The notes below the pieces were generated by a model. That model searched no databases and was not told where the DNA came from. It saw only the letters and a list, made by a program, of their open reading frames with translations. The translations under genes were made by a program, and so were the position numbers. A DNA stretch of 59,605 nt, counting the filler, from Barthelona sp. PAP020 (lineage: Eukaryota), in the NCBI GenBank assembly GCA_040182905.1. It is 3 parts of 3 records of this genome, joined end to end, with 100 filler letters (N's around TTAATTAATTAA, not from the genome) between each part and the next. Parts side by side here need not be neighbours in the genome. Positions count along the whole stretch, not along the records: positions 1 to 19,876 come from JARQWU010000202.1; positions 19,977 to 39,813 come from JARQWU010000203.1; 1 more part is not named here. One strand, written 5' to 3'. Below are positions 10,677 to 20,528 of the stretch, piece after piece (position 1 is the first letter of the stretch; each line of letters opens with the position of its first letter).

Positions 10677-11561
10677 ATGTTTGACTATTCGAAATTGTTT
10701 GATGAATTGTATACAGCAATAGAAATTCCTAATCCAAAATTACTTCAAATTCTTGAAAACCTAAAAAGTGCATGTCAACAAAGCAATAATCGAATTGTTA
10801 TTGCCAAAACAAAAAACTGCGTTTCTTCTTTATCAATGTTATTGAATTATTTTTCTGAATATAATGAAAATAACAAAGAAAAATGTATTTATGATTGTTT
10901 TTCTGAAGCCAGAATATTAATTCTGGAAATAATATCCTTTTTACTATTGGAAGATCCATTTGTTGATCACATGTTCATTTCTCATGAAGATTTGCTGCGT
11001 GGTCTTGTTTGTTTACTGGAACAATATTGTTGGGAAAATGAACTTGAATTAACATTGAAAGTATTAGATTACTTATCAATTTTACCCCTTCATCAAACTT
11101 TTATTTGTTGTGAAGATGGTGCTGTAGCCAATGTTTTAAGATTTTTGAACCAAGTTGATTCTCCAAGTGCATTAAAACATGCTTGGAACATTATTGATTA
11201 TTTATCAAGAAACGAATCAAACTTATATATCTTACCTCGTGTAGAGGGCTTTATTGATAGATTCATTGAAACTCTCAGTGATTCAAATGAGAATTTGATC
11301 AGCAGGGCGTTAGATATATTGGGCAGAATTTGTAAGTTGGAAGAAAACCACAGATTTCTGGCAAATCAAACGAATTTATTGTTGGCTTTGTCAAGAGTTG
11401 CCTCAAGATACAGACAGAGTGATTTTGCTGATTTAGCAAACAAGGCCATTGAAATTGAACGTGAATTGGGTGAATCGAATGAAAATTTGTATTTTGAAGT
11501 GCATGATAGTGATGATAACAACAGTGAAAAAGATCAAAATTTGGAAAACATTGAACAGTAG
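10677..11561 (+). CDS. ARM/HEAT-like repeat protein
   Basis: Leu-rich helical repeats of about 40 aa (e.g. ALKHAWNIIDYLS, LISRALDILGRIC). First ATG at 10677. Confidence 0.55.
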   Translation: MFDYSKLFDELYTAIEIPNPKLLQILENLKSACQQSNNRIVIAKTKNCVSSLSMLLNYFSEYNENNKEKCIYDCFSEARILILEIISFLLLEDPFVDHMFISHEDLLRGLVCLLEQYCWENELELTLKVLDYLSILPLHQTFICCEDGAVANVLRFLNQVDSPSALKHAWNIIDYLSRNESNLYILPRVEGFIDRFIETLSDSNENLISRALDILGRICKLEENHRFLANQTNLLLALSRVASRYRQSDFADLANKAIEIERELGESNENLYFEVHDSDDNNSEKDQNLENIEQ

Positions 11562-11749
11562 ATTTAAAAGATTCATAAATAATGTATGTGTACATTTTTT
11601 CTTTTTGTTTGCAACTTTTTGGGGATTTTTCCTTCTGATGAACCCCAACCTTTCACTCTTTTCTCCAATTTTCAATATCATATCATGAAAAATGACAAAA
11701 AAACAATGACTACAACAATTTTATGTTTCACAAAGACAAACTACATAAT

Positions 11750-13195
11750 TTACATTTCAAAATCAACATTTCCTTCCAATTGAGATAATAATAAACAAGC
11801 TCCAGCAATAAGCAACTCAATTTCATCAATATCCCATCCTAAAGTAGGCAATTCTTCAAAATAATGAGCAATATCCAGTGGTTTTTTCTTCAACAATTCA
11901 CAATTTCTATTTTGAAGTCGATTCATAATGGGAGAATACAAAAAAGATGAAGTGAATGATCTTATACTTGAATTTTTTGCAATATCATCCAAATTTAACT
12001 GACAATTGCACAATTGAAAAATGTTTTGTCGTTGTGCCAGTAATATCGTTAAAATCAAGCAAAGAAACAGTTTCTTCCAATCATTTAAGATTGAAAAAAC
12101 ACCATTTTGAATATATTCACTGAATAATAAACTAAAAAGATAACAACTACTAGAAACAGTAAATTCTCTCGTTAATAAGCAAGCAAACCAACGAAAAGTC
12201 ACAACGGTGAGGTCAATGTTATTCCCATCCAAAATCTTATCAAAATCAGGATCAAATCTTTTTAATAAGCTCTTTAACTTTGTTATTTGGTCAATAATCC
12301 CATTAGAATCTGGTAAATAAAAAGTCCTACAACCAGACAAGAACACAGAAAATACATAATAGGTTTCAACTTCAGTTAGTCGCATAATATCTAGAAAGCT
12401 ATCCAGTGGCATTATTCCAGTTGGCAATAACAATCCACGTTCACTTAATTGACAATGAGTCAATAACCCTGCATCAATATTACATTTTGAAGACAATATA
12501 CCAATAAAAATATGGGAAACAATATCATCCATTCCTTGAACATAACCAATATCTGGAGTTCTGATCGAAAATAACAACAGAACCCTAGTCAAACTTGTCA
12601 ATACAGGTGAAATGGTATCGCTATTATCAAGCTCATAATTAAACACATCAGTCATATCATTGATAAATTCTTTAATCAATAAATTATCTGTTACAGTCAA
12701 AAAGGTTCGAAATAATGGTAAATTAACTTGTGTTCTAGGCATATCCTTTTGAATTTGAAATAGATCCTTCTTGCCAATGATACTGCGATTATTAGAATCA
12801 AAAAAATTCGAAATTCCCATCCAATATTCATGCTTTTTGTTATTCAAAGTATTAACCCATTCATCTCTTTCAATAGGTAATATTCCTAACAGTAATAACC
12901 ATACAGTGGATAAATACTCATTAGGTATTAATGAATTGGTCAATTCTGCTTTCAATCTCCCCAAAGAAATGATATCATTTTCCAATATTTCTTCATATTT
13001 CGTCTTTGGTTTTGTTCTTGAAACAATTTGATCACATTTTTGATTGGAAAATTTGTTTCCACATATAGAAGATGATGAAAATCCTTGTAATTGCATTTGA
13101 TATTGTATGTTACTTGCCACTATCACTTTTCGATCACTTTGAAGAACACCAGGTATTAAAACAGTTCCAAAAATTTGATCAAAATCAAAAGACAT
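11750..13195 (-). CDS. TBC-domain Rab GTPase-activating protein (Gyp1/TBC1D22-like)
   Basis: Arginine finger IQKDMPRT, glutamine finger YVQGMDDI, plus FRWFACLLTREF. Confidence 0.85.
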   Translation of the reverse strand: MSFDFDQIFGTVLIPGVLQSDRKVIVASNIQYQMQLQGFSSSSICGNKFSNQKCDQIVSRTKPKTKYEEILENDIISLGRLKAELTNSLIPNEYLSTVWLLLLGILPIERDEWVNTLNNKKHEYWMGISNFFDSNNRSIIGKKDLFQIQKDMPRTQVNLPLFRTFLTVTDNLLIKEFINDMTDVFNYELDNSDTISPVLTSLTRVLLLFSIRTPDIGYVQGMDDIVSHIFIGILSSKCNIDAGLLTHCQLSERGLLLPTGIMPLDSFLDIMRLTEVETYYVFSVFLSGCRTFYLPDSNGIIDQITKLKSLLKRFDPDFDKILDGNNIDLTVVTFRWFACLLTREFTVSSSCYLFSLLFSEYIQNGVFSILNDWKKLFLCLILTILLAQRQNIFQLCNCQLNLDDIAKNSSIRSFTSSFLYSPIMNRLQNRNCELLKKKPLDIAHYFEELPTLGWDIDEIELLIAGACLLLSQLEGNVDFEM

Positions 13196-13360
13196 TGAAA
13201 GAATAAATTTGCTTTTTTTTAATGAATTGAAAGTTCCTATTAAATATCATTTCAATGAATGTTAAAGCTATTAAAAAAGGCGAGAAATGACAAAATTAAG
13301 AGTTTACAAACATATCATAAAAAACAAAAATTCATTTGTGTGCTTTGAAAAAAACAAAAA

Positions 13361-14743
13361 ATGAAAAAATATGTTAAAAGAATGTCTTTGAATGATAGAT
13401 TTCCCAAACCTTCAAATGATATGATGGAAAATCAAATGAAATTGCATAATGAACAAATAATTGAATTAAAACAAAAAAGAAACAAATTATTAACAATAAT
13501 TAGCTCCAAAAAAAACGATATCAACAAAAAAGAAGAACAATTAAAAGATATTACTGAAAAATATCTCAATAAACAAAAAGAAATTGATGAATTGATTGAA
13601 CAGAAAGAAACAATTCAAAAAGATATAGATATTCAAACAAATATGTTTGGTAGTGTTTTACGCACTTTTACAGAAATTGATTCAACACATCCTTCTTTTT
13701 GTGAAAAATTGACAAATTTAATCACTAAATTGGATAACAGTTTAATTTCTGATAACTTAAATCCAAAACAAAGAAAAGAATTATCAGATAAGATTCGTTC
13801 ATTGAAAAAATTAAGCCCTCTTGTTGATTTAAATGAGAAAAAATTTGAAATAAAACAATTGCTGAAAGAAAAAACTGAGGAATTAGAAAAATTTAATATC
13901 AAAAAAGGAGATTTAGAACAAAACGATAGTATTTTAGTATTAAAAGAGTTGATAGAAGAGTTAAGCGCGATTGAGATCAACATATTGAAACTCTATGAAC
14001 TCAAGAGGAAAGAAAATGAAATTTTTTGGGATACTATGGAAAAATGGCAGCAAAATAGATTTGAAGCAAGTTTAAAGGATCTTGCTGAAGATCATGATCG
14101 TATAGTAACAAAATTAAAAAATTCATTTCAATCAAAGTGTGATCGAGATATAAACTATCTTGTGAAAGAAGAAACTAGGCTAAGTAATCCAACTTTTTCC
14201 AACGAACAAACTGAATCCACAAAAAAAGCTTTAACATACTTTAAAAATATACTGAATGGAAAAACAAAGCAGAAAAAAAGCATCATAGAAGGATTTAAAG
14301 AAAACAATATTCCTTTTTCAGATGAAATCAGATTAGACAGTTACTACATGGATATTTTATTTTTTTACTCAATAAAGATACCTCAAAACAAGGAAGAATT
14401 GAAAGATACTTGCGTAATTTTAAAACAAAAGTTGAAAGATTTGTTTAGTTCAGTTGAGGAAGAAAAGAATGAACGAATTAAAAGATTAGCCTCGAAAAAA
14501 GTGGAAATGGGAATCAAACATCAACAGATGGAAGAAAAGGTAGAATTTGAGATGCATGAAGCAGAAGTCGATTATTCTACTGAAAGAAGAAAGATTATTG
14601 AAAATTATACACACAATATTGAAGAAGAAAAGCGAAAAAGATCTGAGCTCACAAAAGTTATTGACGATGAAATTAATCAAATACACATCTGTTTTGATGA
14701 AAGTGTTCAGGATTGTGAAAATATACCCACAGATAAGAAGTAA
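13361..14743 (+). CDS. Coiled-coil protein, possibly BFR1/proton-pump-interactor-like
   Basis: K/E-rich heptads. The segments PKPS.., ELSDKIRSLKK and IKIPQNKEELKDTCVILKQK resemble the Bfr1 layout as I recall it. Confidence 0.5.
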   Translation: MKKYVKRMSLNDRFPKPSNDMMENQMKLHNEQIIELKQKRNKLLTIISSKKNDINKKEEQLKDITEKYLNKQKEIDELIEQKETIQKDIDIQTNMFGSVLRTFTEIDSTHPSFCEKLTNLITKLDNSLISDNLNPKQRKELSDKIRSLKKLSPLVDLNEKKFEIKQLLKEKTEELEKFNIKKGDLEQNDSILVLKELIEELSAIEINILKLYELKRKENEIFWDTMEKWQQNRFEASLKDLAEDHDRIVTKLKNSFQSKCDRDINYLVKEETRLSNPTFSNEQTESTKKALTYFKNILNGKTKQKKSIIEGFKENNIPFSDEIRLDSYYMDILFFYSIKIPQNKEELKDTCVILKQKLKDLFSSVEEEKNERIKRLASKKVEMGIKHQQMEEKVEFEMHEAEVDYSTERRKIIENYTHNIEEEKRKRSELTKVIDDEINQIHICFDESVQDCENIPTDKK

Positions 14744-14900
14744 ATGTGCTTTCGTGAACTTTCAACCCTTTGTAAATAGAATAGCTTGTAAAATAATATA
14801 AAACCTCTTTTTTATTGGTGCTTTGAAAAGTCCCACCTTCTCAACTTTTTCTCCAAAAATTAAAAAACAAAAACAACAATCATCTCACTTTACAACATAT

Positions 14901-16385
14901 TTAATACATTGGCGGATTATAAGTTCCCATATTAGGTTGATAGGAAGGTTGGTTACCCATAGGTTGTCCCATTTGTCCCATTTGTCCCATGTTTTGACTC
15001 ATTCCCATAGGTTGACCCATATTCATTCCCATTTGTTGATTATTCATTCCCATAGGAGGTTGATTCATTCCCATAGGTTGACCCATTTGTCCCATTTGTC
15101 CCATGGGAGGTTGATTCATTCCCATAGGTTGACCCATTCCACCAACAGGTTGTTGAGTCACTGAAATAGTATTAGCATGAGCATGTTTATTGGAATTGAA
15201 TTTTCTAAAACCTCCAAAACAACATCCACCAATAACTGCAATAATAATCACAACAACAATAATACCACCAGCAGAAACACCACCAGTAGATAAGAATACA
15301 TAATGTGAATAAGCACTAGCGATATTGTCTCCAATCCAGAATTGAGGACCAACACAATTAAGATCATGAGTTCTGGATGAAGTTTCATGAGATTCCAAAA
15401 TAACTGTCTTGGAACCAACAGCAATGGCAGAACCAAAACCTGTATCATAAGGATCATTATTATTAGAAGTGTAAGTGTTTGTGTTAATGAAACCTGTGGC
15501 AGATGATACACTAACCAATTGCACATTATCTGGAAGACCATATAAGAATCTGTCGTTGGAAAGACCAATTAAAGAACTCATATAATTGATATTTGTAGCA
15601 GAAGCAAGTTGTTTAACCAAAACAATACTTGGTTCTACAGTAAAAAGATAATAATAGCTACTAGTGATGCAGACAACATAATTTGTGGTAATAGTTGCAC
15701 GAATGATACTAGTATATGTGGAGGAAGATCCTGATAATTTGGAAGAATAAATACCACTGTTATATATTCTCAATTGGATATAAGGGATAGCTCCACTGGC
15801 AATGATAATGAAACTGTTTCCTTGAAGCCCAACAACTCTACCACTAAAGCTGGAAGAAGAATGTGTGGTAGCATAGGTACTTTTTTGATAAAAAATTTGT
15901 CCACCAGTAAGAGAAGAAGGAGAAGTTTGAAGATAACCATAAAAATATCCAGTAACAGTATCAATAGACACTCCTCCAACATAATAAGTATAAGAAGGTG
16001 AAATGGTTTTGTAAGCATAAGTAGAACAAACACCTGAACCCAAAATATTGTAGGTGTACAACCCATTTCGTCTCATAATTGCAATTTTACCATTATGAAG
16101 TGCTGGTTTTGCATAAACAATATCATAAGAAGCTGAGATATAACATTGAGCGTAACCACTTAAAGAGTAAACTTGAACACCATAATATCCATTTGAATTT
16201 GGAAGCATATATGCCCAATATGTTGTTCCAGCGGCAACAACAGCATCATAACCATAACTGCTATAAGATCCAAATGCATTTGAAGAATAATAAGAAGTCA
16301 GAGTAAGTGAAGTACCAGTAAATTTCTGAACAGTTGCAGCAAGACAAACAGAAATTAATGTTAACAAAGGAACAAAAACTTTCAT
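14901..16385 (-). CDS. Type I membrane protein: signal peptide, Tyr/Ser/Thr-rich beta ectodomain, one TM, G/M/Q/P repeat tail
   Basis: Signal peptide MKVFVPLLTLISVCLA (ATG at 16385), TM GGIIVVVIIIAVIGGCCF, and tail repeats QPMGMNQP/GQM ending in PPMY. Confidence 0.8.
   Translation of the reverse strand: MKVFVPLLTLISVCLAATVQKFTGTSLTLTSYYSSNAFGSYSSYGYDAVVAAGTTYWAYMLPNSNGYYGVQVYSLSGYAQCYISASYDIVYAKPALHNGKIAIMRRNGLYTYNILGSGVCSTYAYKTISPSYTYYVGGVSIDTVTGYFYGYLQTSPSSLTGGQIFYQKSTYATTHSSSSFSGRVVGLQGNSFIIIASGAIPYIQLRIYNSGIYSSKLSGSSSTYTSIIRATITTNYVVCITSSYYYLFTVEPSIVLVKQLASATNINYMSSLIGLSNDRFLYGLPDNVQLVSVSSATGFINTNTYTSNNNDPYDTGFGSAIAVGSKTVILESHETSSRTHDLNCVGPQFWIGDNIASAYSHYVFLSTGGVSAGGIIVVVIIIAVIGGCCFGGFRKFNSNKHAHANTISVTQQPVGGMGQPMGMNQPPMGQMGQMGQPMGMNQPPMGMNNQQMGMNMGQPMGMSQNMGQMGQMGQPMGNQPSYQPNMGTYNPPMY
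14950..15150. repeat. Coding minisatellite (GQM / QPMGMNQP units)
   Basis: Recurrent units ttgtcccat and ttcattcccataggttgacccat on the + strand. Confidence 0.8.
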
Positions 16386-17251
16386 AATAAAAAAAATATT
16401 TTTAAACAAAAATCAAATAAAAAATGAAAAAAACAAAAATGAATATTTTTTTTATTCTCTGACTTTTCATTAACATCTTGAATCTTGTTCTTTCGGAAGA
16501 TATACATTACGTGTCTATTTTTGGAAAAATGTGGAGAAATTCTATATTTAACTTTTTTGAAAAGAGTTTGCTTGGAACTTATTTTTTTTTTCATCTGAAT
16601 TCACTCAATTCGGATCATATCAAAAAATAAAAATGACCTCTTTTATTAGCCAAAGTCTTCCAAAACCAACCAAATAGGAAAAATTTTCCTTGCTCTTTAT
16701 AAAGAAAGATACTCAGACACACAAATCTATCAAATTCCACCCAATAAACAATGAAAAGAAATAAAATGTAAAGATTTTACAAACATTTTCATAAATAAAA
16801 CATGTGTAACCCACATATAGGACAGTAGTTAAGATACAAGCATTACTCGGAGAGTTCAACAAAAGTCGAAGAAACTTCAGATATGACCTCAAACATAGAT
16901 ATGACGTCAACAAGAACAATTCTTTACTTTAAGAATACTGAATTTAATCCTTTAGGTGGCATTCTTTTTTTTTTTAGGCGTCGAACATCCCAAAATCTTC
17001 GTCATCGAAAAACTTCTAACTATACCAAACCCAACGTAATGGGTTAACATAAAAATAAAAGTCTTATAAATTTGTGAAAAACATTGCTCTTCTTTATTGC
17101 AATCAATTTAGCACCATCCTCACACCTTAAAACAGCATAAATTCATTGACAAATCAATGTTTTTGATTCCTGAGCTGTTAAACAATATAAAGGCTTTGTT
17201 TCAAACAAAAAGAAGTGTTTTTTCCTTTTTTCTTTTTTCATATCATTTCTT

Positions 17252-19273
17252 ATGGATTACCTTGATCCCGATTTATTAAATTTATTATTAGCAGATGATA
17301 CTTTCAAAGAAAAGCTGACAAAGAAAAAGAATGAATTAATTTCTCTTCTCAAAAGTTTTGTGTGTGTTTTTGATTCAGAAAATTCAATATTAGATGTTGA
17401 TGGTGATGATTTTTTTATAAGATTATTAGAAAATTATCCAACTGATTTTGAGTTTTTAGATAGGGAATACAATGAAATCAACAATATAATTGATGATCTT
17501 GAACCCATTAAAGATCATAAAGAACCAATGAAAAATAATCCAAAATCTATTTTAACTCAAAGTAACAGGGGTTTCCAAGTTGCAACTAGTCTGTCAACAA
17601 ACACCCTACTAAATCCCAAAGAAATTTCTTTAGAAAAGGAAGAGGAATTTGAAAGGAGTCTTGAAGTTTTTAAAACCCCTAAGAATGTAATTACTGACTT
17701 TAATGAAGATTATGAACCTTCTGAAGTAACGGATAACAATTTAATAATGGTTAGTGATGATAATACGTTTGATAATTTGATTGGTGCGTTATCTGAGACT
17801 GATGTATTCTCTGTTGATCTCGAAGCTCATCAAGCACATTCTTATCAAGGTATTTGTTGCCTTATTCAAATATCTACGTATGAATTTGATTATATTGTTG
17901 ATCCTTTTGCATTGTGGACCCGAATTCCAGAGTTGCAAGAATTATTCATGAATCCTTCTATTACAAAAGTGTTTCATGGTGCAGATCAAGATATTAAATG
18001 GTTACAACGTGATTTTGGTATTTTAGTTGTTGGATTGTGGGATACTGGTATTGCCCACATGACAATCCACAATTCTGATCGTGCTCCATCTTTAAAATTG
18101 TTATTGAAACAATATTTCAATATTTCAGTGAATAAAGCGCATCAAAGAGCTGATTGGAGAGTTAGAGAATTGCCACGCGACATGATTGATTATGCTAGGA
18201 AAGATACCCATTGGTTGATCGGTATTTGGAATAAGCAAAGGAAGATATTAGCAGAGTTAGGTAGCATTGATGAAGTTTATCAGCATTGTAAAGTTCTGTG
18301 CAGGCAAAAGTATAAGAAACGGCATTTAAATTTCTCTAAATCGATGTTTGATTTGCGCAAAAATTATTCGATTCTTCAAAAATATCTTTATTTTGTTCTT
18401 CTAGAGTCTAGAGAGAGTCTTGCCGAAGAACTGGATGTTGACCCAAGTATTTTAGCTACCAAAGAACAATTGGCTTCTATTGTGCGCAACAAACCATCAG
18501 ACATTGCTGCTTTATATGGGCTCTTTGTTTCTACACCCATTTTAATTCAAAGACAATCCACTGAAATTGTTTCACTTGTTGAAGACCTTGAAACCATTGA
18601 AATGACCACAATTAAAAAATATTTTTCCAGCAAGGGTATAAATATTACTGCTGAAGAAAATGAGGAATTTGTTGATGAAATTGTTCCCCAAACGAAATTA
18701 TCGTTGAACTTTAACTTTTCAACAAAACAAACAAATTTGGAATATCCTGATGTCAATATTATGCAAGTAGAACCAAGTAATTTATCTAAAGCATTTATCA
18801 AGAATCGAATGAAGAGGGAAGTAACCAAATTTACCCCATATCAACTCAAAAAAGAAGCTGAAGAATTATTCTTTGAAAAACAAGATTTGATTGTTGAAAA
18901 ATTGAACATGATTTTACAACAAGCTGGAATTTCTTTTGATGACATTTGCAGTAAGCAAGAACAACTTGATGAACATGATAAAAATGAAGAATATACCAAT
19001 AAAGCTGTAGATTTAATCACTCTTTATTCGAAAAAAGAAGAAAATCATAAATCAATGGTCATTCATAAAACGGAAGAATTTATGGAAGAAATGAGTAAAA
19101 ATGATACGTTGGAGCTATTAACAAGTATGAATTTTAGTGCTTCTGATGAAACTAAAGTGGCAAAACCATTTGATCAAAATAAAGCCAAACCCACTGTTAA
19201 TTCTTACTCTCGCAATGAAAATTTAAAAACCAAAGGAAATAAAGGGAAAAAGGGGCAAAGGAAGAGAAGATAA
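17252..19273 (+). CDS. RRP6: Exosome-associated 3'-5' exonuclease Rrp6/EXOSC10
   Basis: DEDDy motifs VDLEAHQAHSYQGICCLIQIST, FHGADQDIKWLQRDFG, ADWRVR and YARKDTHWL, followed by an HRDC-like region and a basic tail. Confidence 0.95.
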   Translation: MDYLDPDLLNLLLADDTFKEKLTKKKNELISLLKSFVCVFDSENSILDVDGDDFFIRLLENYPTDFEFLDREYNEINNIIDDLEPIKDHKEPMKNNPKSILTQSNRGFQVATSLSTNTLLNPKEISLEKEEEFERSLEVFKTPKNVITDFNEDYEPSEVTDNNLIMVSDDNTFDNLIGALSETDVFSVDLEAHQAHSYQGICCLIQISTYEFDYIVDPFALWTRIPELQELFMNPSITKVFHGADQDIKWLQRDFGILVVGLWDTGIAHMTIHNSDRAPSLKLLLKQYFNISVNKAHQRADWRVRELPRDMIDYARKDTHWLIGIWNKQRKILAELGSIDEVYQHCKVLCRQKYKKRHLNFSKSMFDLRKNYSILQKYLYFVLLESRESLAEELDVDPSILATKEQLASIVRNKPSDIAALYGLFVSTPILIQRQSTEIVSLVEDLETIEMTTIKKYFSSKGINITAEENEEFVDEIVPQTKLSLNFNFSTKQTNLEYPDVNIMQVEPSNLSKAFIKNRMKREVTKFTPYQLKKEAEELFFEKQDLIVEKLNMILQQAGISFDDICSKQEQLDEHDKNEEYTNKAVDLITLYSKKEENHKSMVIHKTEEFMEEMSKNDTLELLTSMNFSASDETKVAKPFDQNKAKPTVNSYSRNENLKTKGNKGKKGQRKRR

Positions 19274-19876
19274 GACAAATAAGTATTCATGTTGTTTTCA
19301 AATAATGAAGATAAAAGTATAGTCTGATATATTTTTTTTTTTTTAAATTTTTGTGTATATGTATTAGCGTTACAAATTATTATTTTATAAAGGAAGAAAA
19401 TTGAAAATGATGGAAAATTGATGAGTATTTAAGAAGAAGTGTGCCCATGAGTAAATAAGAAACGATATTGTTTATTTGGCTGAGGGGTTTGAAGGCCCCA
19501 TTTATATGCTGAAACTATTAATTTTTCAAAAGAGAAAGTTGAAGAACTTGAAATTTTACTTTTGCAAAAGAATGAAGGATAAGTATGGAAAGGTTTTCAC
19601 AAATTTTTTCACTTGAATGGCAAGATTAAATTTTCTTCGTTAATATTTGGCGTAAATTTGGCTAAATGAGTTCCAAATGTTCTTTCTCTGTCAATATCTT
19701 TGTTTGTGAAACAATTGGAATAAATATTTCTTCTTATGTATTTTCACATACATTATAGTGCAAATAATTGGTCAAGTTGTGAAACAACTATATTTATTTA
19801 CAAAGAAAAAGTAATCAGAGAAAACTCATTTCATTAAATCTCAGCCACAGAAAATGAGTGGCTGCAATTGAATCTT

Positions 19877-19976
19877 NNNNNNNNNNNNNNNNNNNNNNNN
19901 NNNNNNNNNNNNNNNNNNNNTTAATTAATTAANNNNNNNNNNNNNNNNNNNNNNNNNNNNNNNNNNNNNNNNNNNN
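19877..19976. other. Artificial contig linker (N44-TTAATTAATTAA-N44)
   Basis: Symmetric 100-nt spacer whose core has stop codons in all six frames. Identical to the linker at 39814-39913. Confidence 0.97.
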
Positions 19977-20303
19977 ACTTTGACTGAAGAATTGTTTGAA
20001 GACCTTGATAAGTTGACTCAGTTGATTGAAAGCCCTGTATTCACTCATTTAAGAATTGAATTGGTAAGGAATTCTGACAATGGAAAAGTATTGTATAAAA
20101 CTTTGGCAGCCCTCTTGATGATATTACCTGAATCTGTTAGTTTCAACAGAATTTATAGGAGACTTTCTGCATTGGTTCCTGTTCATCTTGCAAATTGCCC
20201 TGATGATGGTGTTCAAAAATTTCAAGAAATTTGTCCAAATAAATCTTTGGAAAAGCAACTTTATGACGAGTTCACACAAATAAATGGGATTTTGATGGAA
20301 TGA
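19977..20303 (+). CDS. VAC14: Vac14 C-terminal (Fig4-binding) region, 5'-truncated by the contig edge
   Basis: DLDKLTQLIESPVFTHLRIEL...LYKTLAALLMILPESVSFNRIYRRL matches the conserved Vac14 C-terminus. The frame is open from the linker. Confidence 0.88.
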   Translation, partial: TLTEELFEDLDKLTQLIESPVFTHLRIELVRNSDNGKVLYKTLAALLMILPESVSFNRIYRRLSALVPVHLANCPDDGVQKFQEICPNKSLEKQLYDEFTQINGILME

Positions 20304-20528
20304 TTTTGTAACCTTGTGCTCAAATCATTTGCAATATTTTGTTGGAACAGTTTTTACAATTTAGTTGTTTTTTTCATAATGTAAATTGTTTTGTTTTCTA
20401 TTTTTCCATTTTTTATGGTCAATTTTACATTCACATTTTGGTTCTTTGCGTTATTCGGTCATCTAATAACTAATATCAAAAATAAAAAAGATTCAAAATT
20501 TATTCTGAAAACATCATCAAAACATATT

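Noticed and set aside
14823..15164. His-rich repetitive + strand ORF
   Set aside because: It is the antisense shadow of the G/M/Q/P minisatellite and starts at a TTG.
16870..16990. RNase P P4-like pairing and a tRNA T-loop-like GTTCGA
   Set aside because: The P4 halves are too close together and mismatched, and there is no T-stem or cloverleaf.
19314..19325. Minus-strand AGACTATACTTT matching the U3 snoRNA 5' end
   Set aside because: No box A follows, and a full U3 would run antisense through the RRP6 coding end.
19441..19490. SECIS-like ATGA..AAA..TGA hairpin downstream of RRP6
   Set aside because: Helix II is too short and needs a bulge, and RRP6 has no in-frame TGA (it ends in TAA).
19921..19932. 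Palindromic TTAATTAATTAA (also at 39858-39869) as a piggyBac TTAA site or regulatory palindrome
   Set aside because: It is centred in identical N44 blocks and is a synthetic six-frame stop linker.
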